A stretch of DNA of 62,358 nt, the filler included, from Choristocarpus tenellus KU-1152 (taxonomy: Eukaryota > Protista > Phaeophyceae), in NCBI GenBank assembly GCA_964200185.2. It is 11 parts of 11 records of this genome, joined end to end, with 100 filler letters (N's around TTAATTAATTAA, not from the genome) between each part and the next. Parts side by side here need not be neighbours in the genome. Positions count along the whole stretch, not along the records: positions 47,647 to 53,188 come from CAXNAD020010467.1; positions 53,289 to 57,905 come from CAXNAD020013778.1; positions 58,006 to 62,358 come from CAXNAD020014962.1; 8 more parts are not named here. The stretch is one strand, 5' to 3'. Under the pieces are notes generated by a model. That model had not been told where the DNA came from and searched no databases. It was given only the letters and a program-made list of their open reading frames with translations. This document shows positions 52,591 to 62,358 of the stretch, one piece after another; within the stretch, counting starts at the first letter, position 1, and each line of letters opens with the position of its first letter. The position numbers and the translations under genes were made by a program.

Positions 52591-53690
52591 GACGTGGCTA
52601 TGGTTGTCCATGTCAAGCTAAGGGAAGTGAGTAATGGAGCGAAAGCTGTTCGTTTTTGTTGACTCCATCATCAGGGAAGTTGTAGTGTTTCATCTGTTCT
52701 CAACCCATTGCCTTGACATTATACTCAAGACTCACTACTGCAGGCTTGGCTATGGAACCTTGCTTAGAACATTGAACAGAACATTCGACACCAACATACT
52801 TGTCTCATAGACACTACATGCTGATGCCGTGAAACGAACAAACAACAGGTAGATCAACCAATAATTGTGGTATCCTTACTATTGCTACATACAGTAACTG
52901 CTACCACCACTACTATATGTAACAACAGAAACTAGCAGGTACATGATAATATTCAGGCGTACAGATGACTGTATGATCAACAGGTACTGTGTACTAGATA
53001 GTATTTGTTGGTACTATCAATAGCAACAATATCACAACTTCTCCAGTAGGTAGTGACAGCGCACTAGTGGGAGGGTGCAAATAACTGAACTCTGCTAAGT
53101 AAAATACAACTGGGTCAAAGTATCTGGGGGGGGGGGGGGGGGGGGGGCAAAAGGGGGGAAGGGGGGGGGGGGGGGAAGGAGGGGAGATNNNNNNNNNNNN
53201 NNNNNNNNNNNNNNNNNNNNNNNNNNNNNNNNTTAATTAATTAANNNNNNNNNNNNNNNNNNNNNNNNNNNNNNNNNNNNNNNNNNNNCATTGGGAACAA
53301 CATCTGTTGCCTTTTGCGAATGAAGACTCCGATGCAGGTGCTTATGGCAGCAGCAGCAGCCTCACTCAGCGCAAAAATGTTGTTATTAGTTGCCCAAACA
53401 CCTTGTATGATAGACTGCTTCCCCGGTCGTCTACAACGGACTGTGGGAGGGACAGGTCACCTAGCGGTCTTCCGGCCCCGTACGTATGTACTTCCTACCA
53501 TCCCGATAATGTGTGTTTGCTTTGAATGCAGCAATAAAAAACAAGACCAAAGACAAACATTTTTTGTTACGTACACTCGATTTCTGTTACTAACCTGATA
53601 CGTGTTAACAAGTGGTCATTTTTTTACAACTCTAAGCAGGCTTATTTGATTTACCTCCGTGATGTTGCTCTCCCTCGTTCGTTATCCAAG

Positions 53691-56600
53691 CGGATCGGCT
53701 GGTCATTGCCAAATGCACCAGCAGCGCCATGCAGTCCAAAGCCGACGGTAAACCTCTCGGCTTCGTGTTCATGTCCGTAGACGCGGCGAACCAGACATCA
53801 CACGCCCTCCTAGCACTTTACCCACCTACCTACGGCAGTGACAGGTAACCACACGCACGCATAGTCCATCTGTCAACAAGTTTGCAGCCGCACGCAGAAC
53901 AGAATAGACGACCCTGTTTTATTCTACGAATGAGTGCATGAACCACAAGAAGTAACCGCCAGAACAGGCGCACATAATTCCGCTACCTATTCCGTTCATC
54001 ATGATGATGACGCACCATAACAACTTTCTTTGGCTCATGTCCTTCTTATCAGGGGCTACTCTGAGCGCCAGAAGATCATGGCCGCACACGTCGAAGTCGT
54101 GGAGATGTTCTTCACACCTATCAACCTTGGAGGAGGTACATATTGTGGGTTGTGGCTCAACAATCACACGGCCGAATAGATGCTGGTTGCGCACGCACCA
54201 CTTGATTTACCGTCATGGCGAGTGGACCCGCCGTAGGTTAGATACCCGAGGACGACTACGTCCTTACACGATTTGTCTACAGGTACTGCAGGCCTGCTGA
54301 ACAGTAGATTAACTGATGATGTGCTGTGCTCCCCTGCTCTCTTACGCCTCAGCTTTGGAAGGGCGAGAGGAGCGTAAGAGCTAATCAAGGAGGAGGAAAA
54401 CCCGCAGACATGTATATCAGCCAGTCGGGTGTATGTGCTCTACATCGCAAAAACAAATTCCATTACCCCTCTTTTTAGCTCCAATTAAACAATGCGTAAG
54501 TAAGCAGAGTACTATTTTCCAACTAACGACGAACATCATCGTTCGCGCAGGTTGTAACCTTGTCTGCACAGCCACCCACCTTGCCCTCACAGGGCTTATC
54601 GACAAGTACCACAACAGCCTCGATCACGCAGGGAGTTGCATCATCCAGCACGTGCATTGGCAGGTAAGAAAGTTTCATCTTGACACGACCTACTCAACAC
54701 ATACTCGCCGAATACCGGTCACCAAGTAACTAACTGCACGGTCTTTAGTTTTGGTTTGTGTGTTGCAACCTGCATGTACGATGGCGGTGATGTAGAGCTT
54801 GCGCTCTAGTACTACTGGAAACACGCCCTGTTCCTCCACGAAACGTGGTGAAATGGGCTGACATATCGGCCTCACGCCTATCCCTCCCTCACTCCCAACT
54901 CCCCAAACTGGCCAGGTCGACAACTGCGTCTCAGAGAACAAGAACAATTTCTTTCTCAGAGATGCGGGGCTGTTGGTCGCGGCAAGTGTCATTCGTGTGG
55001 TCGAGATACATTTTATGATGGTGGGGCACACGCACATAAAAATCGATCAGATCTTCTCCAGGTAATTAGGCAAGATATATATTTGCGATAGTCACATGGT
55101 GTTTTTCACGGGCAGATACTGCCTTGAGGCTTGCAGTTCACGCTTGTTGTGTCCATGAAAGGTTTATGGTCATACACTGCAATTGATTGATTGGCTTTTG
55201 ATTTCCCCACAACAATATAGCACGATTAGAGCAGAGCTGCCAAAACTGTTTTGTAACCTACTTTCGAATCAAAACAATAAAAAAATGTACGTATCGCCCC
55301 TTTTTATATTTATACTTCCATATACATGCATCGGAGCATGTGCCTGCATATATATCTTGCTTCTCCACTTCGTTTCTTTCACCCCCGCCTCGACATTAAC
55401 TTCCTTGCATTTCACCTTCAGGTTCTCACGTGGTATAAAAGGCAAGAACATATTCACAAGAACACAGCTGGGTGAAGAGCTGCAGGCCTCTTACACGGAG
55501 GTTCCAGTCTACTGGAAGACCCTACGGAACGAGGGCAACTTCAAGGGACTCCTTCGCGGTCGCGTCAACCATGTTCCCAATATCACGAGCTACAGGACTT
55601 TTCGGGGGACATTGCTTGCTTGTGTGTTGAACCAGAATTTGAGGTTGGAGACAATGGTGAGAACTGCCTAGAAGACATCATACTGAAGGTGGAACAGCGG
55701 TACCAGGCGTTGCACGAGCGCCTCGCTGCTGTGTACCCACTGGGTAAGTCAATTTTTTCGTGAGGGAAGTTGATGGCCAATTTTTTTATTCGATGGCAGC
55801 CAAAAAAATCTGGTGCAACTTCTGTACGAGGCAGCCTTTACAGCCTTTACAAAAACAATCTTGAAAATATTCCATTCTCATGCGTAGTGATCGTCGCATG
55901 TCACAATAATAAAGTACTATAGATTACCCCCGATAAATGTTTTGAGGGTACCGGTCTTGTACTCAACAGCGACGAATCCGACGAAATATACACCCTCCCT
56001 CTTACTGCATGCTCCCCGAGTGCATTCATGCAACCTAACGCCTGGTTACAAACTATCATTCATGCTTCCATACCCTTGATGTTCTTGTGCTCATGGATTC
56101 CACCTTCACAGACGATGAAGCCGTCCAGAGAGCGAAACACGAGAAAATCGAGTTTGTGCGACTTCTCAAAAAGACAGGAGAACGAGAGTTCGACCTCCCA
56201 GTCCATTGACTTCCCATCGATGACGATGGCGCTGGAACTGGTACCAGCGACGTCGAAGACACCGACCAGGGCAAACATTCGGGTGGAGGAGGTAATCTCG
56301 TCAGCGGTGACAATGATCTCGGCGGGCTCGAGGAAACAGACTCTTCCTCATCGGACAGTGACACGGAAGAAGCTGGCTTCCGTCAACAGGGTTGGCCTCG
56401 TGCTACCTTTACATCAGCGAACGATGGAAACCTCATCTCTGTGCAAGGAAGGCAGGTTTGCCTTTTTTGTGGCAACGGAGGCACCGCTCTTGGTCGGCAA
56501 GATCCTAGCGGAGTGCACTGGTGAGGACGGAGAGCGTGGGGTGGATCTTCACTGGCTTCGGCCGACACTGCCACATTTATGACCCTTGAGAAGTATGGGA

Positions 56601-57030
56601 AAAGTAGTTTTGTCGAAGGATACATACATGCTGATGATAGATCCGTGCGAACTGGGAAACAGAAGCGGGTTAAAGACGGAAGCTGGGAACCTCTGGTGGG
56701 TATTGTTTCGACTTGCGAGAAACTTGTCGGGAACGGCAAAAAGATTCCTAACAAGGTCTTGACAGTTCTACGGTCTGCTATCGAGGCGAGGGAAAGGGGG
56801 GGTTTTGTGGGAGAAGGACGGAAGAGTAAATTTAAGGGACGAGGAGAGGAGAGGGGGGAGAATGGGGACGAAAGGGAGGAAAACACCGACGACGACAAGG
56901 AGGAGGACAAGGAGGAAGACAAAGAGGAGGGGGAGGACGAGGAGCAGCAGAAGGAGGACGAGGACGACGAGGATGATGAAGATAAGGAGAACATCGGTAT
57001 GGGGGAGGGGAGGGGAGGACTCCACACCGT
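53691..57030 (+). mobile_element. Intron-containing Sola-like (DUF7869-type) DDD transposase; core intact, C-terminus disrupted
   Basis: Exons 53691-53844, 54053-54135, 54551-54663, 54916-55061 and 55422-~55605 splice in frame: FVFMSVDAANQ...NLGGGCNLVCTATHLAL...HVHWQVDNCVSENKNNFF...IHFMMVGHTHIKIDQIFSRFS. Downstream, in-frame TGA at 56207 and frameshifts near ~56430 and ~56575. Confidence 0.8.
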
Positions 57031-57124
57031 ATGTTTTTCAAGTGTTTTTGTTTTGCTGTTACGGTGGTCAGGGCATGAACTATGTTTTCACATGGAAGAA
57101 ATATCGAGAGTAGGTGTCGTCCCA

Positions 57125-57550
57125 GACCCGAGGAACTTAAGAGGGTAGGGCTGCGTCCATTTATGGTCCTAAATCCAATGTTGCGGTTTTGATGAATTTT
57201 GGCTATCGTGTTTGTTAGCAAGTAGTGTCAATATTCTTGCTCCAGAAACACCTTTCATAGTCGTTACATTTTAGGTAACTGTGCTCACATAGAAAAGTCT
57301 CAAAGTATCTGGGGGGGTGGGTGGTGGCTGTCCATTTGGGGTCCATTTTTCCATGGTATGATTTTTTGGTGATTTGGTTGCGTGTATCGGATGGGTAGTT
57401 TAAGTACACTCTTCCTGGTCAGGGCCCGAATGGACACCCCCCACCCCCAGATACTTTGAGCCAAAACCGAAAAAGGGCATAAACCCATGGGAAGCAAACC
57501 CTGAACGAACAAACAGGGCAAAACTCCTACCCTCTTAAATTCTTTGGATC
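57125..57550. mobile_element. MITE family A-related copy carrying a nested family B MITE
   Basis: GACCCGAGGAACTTAAGAGGGTAGG ... CCTACCCTCTTAAATTCTTTGGATC; A-type internal sequence interrupted at 57297-57462. Confidence 0.8.
57297..57462. mobile_element. MITE family B nested inside family A
   Basis: GTCTCAAAGTATCTGGGGG ... CCCCAGATACTTTGAGCC; TSD AAA. Confidence 0.85.
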
Positions 57551-57642
57551 CCCTATGTGATTGCACCCTACTAAGATGGCTTTTAGTGTGCAAAGACAAC
57601 AGTAACACAAGGAGGTATATTTGATGTTATGATCATATTTTG

Positions 57643-58010
57643 TTAGTTGTTGCTCCTCAAGTTGCACCATTCTTGTATAAACTTATTTTCTTTTGCATCC
57701 TCAGGAAGTTCCCGCCTTGTACAGTAAGTTGTGGGAACGCCCTTGAGCTGGTAGGGCGGTGCATCTTGGAGACGAGGCAGGTGGCCGATGAAGAGGTCGT
57801 GCGGAGGGACGTTGGGGTCGATAGCAACGTCTCCGCCTATCCCACTCCATGCGGTGCTGTACATGTGACCCAAAGTATCTGGGAGGGGGGGGGGGGTCTA
57901 CACTANNNNNNNNNNNNNNNNNNNNNNNNNNNNNNNNNNNNNNNNNNNNTTAATTAATTAANNNNNNNNNNNNNNNNNNNNNNNNNNNNNNNNNNNNNNN
58001 NNNNNCCCCC

Positions 58011-58041
<31 letters not shown>

Positions 58042-58950
58042 GCCTTCTGTCGTAGTTCAAGGGGAGAAAATAAAACAAAAACAGAGACATGATGGGGCAA
58101 GTAGGAATCAACACACACCAATCAGGGGGTCTGGCAAAAGTTCTGCTTGATTTCCTGTTCTTCTTTGTACAATCAGAGTGTGGACAACAAATACAGACAA
58201 ATACCTAGCGATTCAAACACATAAAGAAACAAAGAATGACAATAAAAGGTGATGTATGTTTTGACGTGGGGACTCTTACCCGATACCCATGCCTCCACCA
58301 GCAGTATTCATTCCTCCATCACCATAATAGACCACAGGGGGGGGAGGAGTAAACTGCAGGGGAGCACAGAATTTGTACAACCACCAAGAGGGCAATGGAG
58401 GGATCACAAAGAGGAGAGACTCATGTAAATGTACATCTCAACAGAAACGTTATTCTTAAAACATCCCACACATGGTGTCGACACCATGTGTGGTCACTTA
58501 CAACTTGGACAGATCAGTTCAAAAAAACCTTGAACCCCTGCACTTCAATGATTTCAATCTCTGACCCACTCAACGCAGCATGCAACAAAATGCCCTCCAC
58601 TACTAGGAACACCCACCCACAGCACCCTACCAGTGCTCAAGACCATAATTAAAGCGTTCCAATCCACATACCGTCCTATCATATAACAACTGCCCACACA
58701 AGGACAAAATTAAAAATTATTTTGATCTTGTGAGAAAGACCCTCCCCCCTCCCCCAGTCAATCGGAATGTTTAATCAGTATACACTTGGACGTGTAAGCC
58801 CTCACCTCCTGCTCCTCCTCCTCCTCCTCCTCCCCCTCTTCTTCAGGCTCCTCATCCTCATTTATCTCCTCATCGGGGGCCCGCTCATCCTCCTCAATGG
58901 GAGGAATGTCCTCAAACACCTCTGCAAGCTTATCACTGAAAAAATCACGG
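57643..58950 (-). CDS. Probable 3' exons of an unknown acidic protein
   Basis: Acidic exon DFFSDKLAEVFEDIPPIEEDERAPDEEINEDEEPEEEGEEEEEEEQE|gtgagg; terminal exon TAWSGIGGDVAIDPNVPPHDLFIGHLPRLQDAPPYQLKG...NLRSNN*; the two are separated by a gap. Confidence 0.45.
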
Positions 58951-60026
58951 TGAGTGGAGTTGAAGAGGGAGGGAGGTGTAAGGGGAATAAGTGTTGGGAC
59001 GCAATCGAGTACTTGTGTGAGGATTGCTTTGATTCTAGTTGGATGTTGTGAAACATCCACTTGCAAGGTTACAGCTACTGCCATCAAACCCCCTGATCCC
59101 ATCGAACAGACCTCGGCAGTGCAGTGCAACCCTAGTGGAATGCCATAAAAAAAGAGCCACGCTGACGAATCCTGTTTAAATCAATTAAATACTACCACAC
59201 ACACACACACACTCACACACACACACTCAAAGCATGAAGCAACCAGGTGGGACAGCTACTGCCGTAGAGTTACGTTGTTTATTATTTATCAAAGAGTTAA
59301 ATATTGTGAACTCTTCCTCTAAACCACTTGCATGTGAAGAAGATAGCACCCATATTAATTATGATTTTACACAAAAAGATCAAGGCACTTATCAAGGTTT
59401 TCCTAAATTACATTACAGCGGACTAACAAGCCTATGTTTGTTCTAGTCTGACAAAAGAGAGGTTCAATTAATTAACAGGACAAGGGGTTACACAAATATC
59501 TTCTTCTCAGATCAGCAGTGACAGTCATCAACAGCCGTCAAGTTTACCACAATACACTATTCCCAACAAAGTACAAACCAAAGATGTTGAACAGACTAGG
59601 AAGCGAAACTCCTGATTATCAAATAAACAATCAAACAGAGCCACCTTAACAGTACATTTTGGCATCGGGTGATAACACACGTCTACTCAATGGTACCAAG
59701 TACTTCAACAAATAGCAGCTCCAAGTCCTTCATCAGAACAACACAGATCAAATATATACCAACGACAAAGAGCAGGTTGTAGGCCTCTGTTGTACACAAA
59801 ACACACAAGGAGAAGGTACAATGAGGAGGAGGGAGTCCATGGTGAGAGTAGGGCACTAAGGTGCAAGGCAAAGTTGATGCGCACACAGCACATATCTGGC
59901 CTGAACAAAAACAATCTGCGATATAGAAATGGTGTGCACACCCTTGAGAGGGCACAGAAGTCGCTATACATGAAGCTAAGTCACGAGGTCTCCTTGATGG
60001 CAACGTCAGGTACGAAGAGGAAAGAT

Positions 60027-60227
60027 ATCTTCAGGAAGTTCTCAGATCTTTGTTTGAACCAACAAAACAAAAGGAAGCAACCCTCACAGTTATCTTCAGG
60101 AAGTTCTAAGATCTTCTTTGTTTGGACCAACGAAACAAAATTAAGCACCCCTCGCAGTTATCTTCAGGAAGTTCTAAGATCTTTGTTAGGACCAACAAAA
60201 CAGAAGGAAGCCCCCCTCGCAGTTATC
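60027..60227. repeat. Minisatellite, ~65 bp x3
   Basis: Unit TCTTCAGGAAGTTCTAAGATCTTTGTT(T/A)GGACCAAC...CCCTCGCAGTTA. Confidence 0.9.
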
Positions 60228-61451
60228 GTATCATGTTGGAATTCTCCTCTTACAGAAAAAGTTGGCTTGGTGGGCCTAGCAGATGGGAAGACTTGCCTTA
60301 GCACAAGAAAGGGGCTAAGAGCGTGTACCCGTGGACTATTACAACAACCAACCTACGGGGTCCCGGGTTGTGTGTATTGAGTTGAGAAGAACATGTACAC
60401 CTCAACAACAATAAGGCAGAGTTAGCACCTCAAGCCAGTAAATGAAAGAAGAAAATGGGGTGAAGAACATATAGTTAATTCCTTGATATTACCAGCTTTA
60501 GCCCCCTGTGCCTGATGTGCTTGCTTCTCAAGGAAAATGTCCTTTACCACTCTTCACTACATCCCTAGGGAAAAGGTACTGATGAATGCCTCACAATTCC
60601 TTTACTGAGTTTGTCGTGAAGAGACTCCAAAACAAGAAGTCTGCCCTTCCAACAATCCAACATCTAATACTTGAAATATATGTCACACACAAGCAATTTT
60701 CACGTAGGGCCATGAATAATATACACACCATAAAAAAATGTCAGAGACTCATCAAGAACTACCCCATTCAAATAGCAACATCCATACAGATACTCAATAG
60801 CAACAAAACTGATCCCAACAGACAGACAACTCAAAATACACCACACATGTAGTACACATCACAACAATAGGAAGGCGTTTGTGAAGGGGGTGAAGGGGAT
60901 GGGGGGTGGGGGAGCGATTTTTTTTCAAAATATTCTGAATCAGCAATTAATTGTGTAGCAGTGCTGACCTCATCTATGTGATGTCATCAACAGCCTCTTC
61001 ACTTTCACCACCATCAACATACAGAATGAATACCAAAAAAATACTTGACGAATACCAACCAAAACTCTAAATGGTGCACATCATGCCCACATTTCGCTAC
61101 TGTCATAACACCACAAGCTTCAAGAGGTACACCAGGGAGAACCCATTCACAACAACCAAACCCCATTCCAAAAACACTACAATGCACAAAAACAAGCCTA
61201 ACGCCCCCCACACATCAGACAAACCTCAAGAGTGATGATAGTAAATACGCTATTATACAAGAACAAAATGCCTTTCTCTCCCTAAATAAACCCATACTGG
61301 ACACAAAAACACCACAGTGTCGTAAATGTCACATCAATATAAATCTATGGGGGGGGAGGGGGACGCAATGCTCACACATCATGGATGGGGTCTGCAGTGC
61401 TGACCCAAGTTAGGGCTGCCCTTCTAAAGCGGCCGCTGGTCTCCCGCTTGA

Positions 61452-61934
61452 GGGCCTCCACCTAGTCAGCACCAATCACATTGTAATGGTGAGGAACAAA
61501 GCGTCAGCTTCAGGACTTCATAAGGATCATGCTTAAAGTTGTATGTCAGCACACTAAATATTAGGAAACATTAGGGCCTCCACCTAGTCATCACCAATCA
61601 CATTGTCATGGCAAGGTACATAGCGTCAGTTTCAAGACTTCACAAAGATCATGCTTAACGTTGTATGTCAGCACACTAAATATTTGGAAACATTAGGGCC
61701 TCCACCTAGTCATCACCAATCACATTGTCATGGCAAGGTACATAGCGTCGACTTCATAAAGATCATGCTTAAAGTTGTATGTCAGCACACTAAATATTAG
61801 GAAACATTAGGGCCTCCACCTAGTCATCACCAATCACATTGTAATGGTGAGGTACAAAACGTCAGCTTCAAGACTTCATAAAGATCATGCTTGAAGTTGT
61901 ATGTCAGCACACTAAATATTTGGAAACATTAGGG
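61452..61934. repeat. Tandem repeat, ~122 bp x4
   Basis: Units start GGGCCTCCACCTAGTCATCACCAATCACATTG at ~61452, 61574, 61696 and 61810; the third unit has an ~8-bp deletion. Confidence 0.95.
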
Positions 61935-62358
61935 TACGGCGATGGTATGATTAGCCTACCTCATGCTGTGTACAATAGCTGTCCCACTGATCCACTCCTG
62001 AGTAGGTTGTTCTTCAACAACATTCAAACCAACCCGGTTCATCAAACAGCAGGCATCGGACACAACAACCTTGGACATCACAAAGTACTCTTTAAAAATG
62101 ACCTGAAAAAATTCAACTACTTTGGTTCAACTCTAACCCTATATTATTACAACACCAATCAACACACATAAGAATACCAAAATATTACAACTTCCTCACA
62201 AACAAGCCATGCACAACAACTCAACAGAAGAGAAGTGATAGGTTTGAAACTCCAACTCGAGCCTACTTCCATCACCTGTAAAAAAAGGGGGGAAGGGGGG
62301 GGGAAAAAAAACAATTAAAAAAAAAAAAAAAAAGAACACAAAAAAACCCAAAAAAAAA

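Noticed and set aside
56383-57027. Ser-rich 214-aa minus-strand ORF
   Set aside because: Antisense shadow of the acidic transposase tail
59790-60380. 196-aa ORF
   Set aside because: No recognisable motif, and it runs through a 65-bp minisatellite
60027-61934. Tandem repeats as a CRISPR array
   Set aside because: No unique spacers, no cas genes, eukaryotic context

Overview
Intron-rich eukaryotic DNA, most likely a brown alga or related photosynthetic ochrophyte. The basis is bipartite plastid-targeting presequences with an ASAFAP-like 'AF' motif, a bilin reductase gene, TTAGGG tracts and an RTE-type LINE remnant. The window is a draft assembly of 11 pieces joined by 100-bp N-TTAATTAATTAA-N linkers, so adjacency across linkers is unproven. 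Genes I spliced by hand with consistent exon phases: an ANKRD39-like ankyrin protein with a Cys-rich tail (-), a plastid NAD(P)-binding atypical SDR (+), the N-terminal part of a divergent SMC-family ATPase (+), and a PebA-like ferredoxin-dependent bilin reductase (+). There is also an intronless secreted, Lys/Cys-rich small protein (-) and several unidentified exon sets. Mobile DNA includes an intron-containing Sola/DUF7869-type DDD transposase with an intact core and decayed C-terminus, and three MITE families (about 17 copies or fragments) with G(A/G)-start termini and 3-4 bp TSDs. Copia, LINE and possible Penelope relics and several minisatellites are also present. There are no prokaryotic features (CRISPR, operons). 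The best leads are the spliced Sola-like transposase with its candidate MITE partners, the non-canonical SMC paralog, and the cationic Cys-rich secreted peptide. All family assignments come from motif recognition, not database searches.
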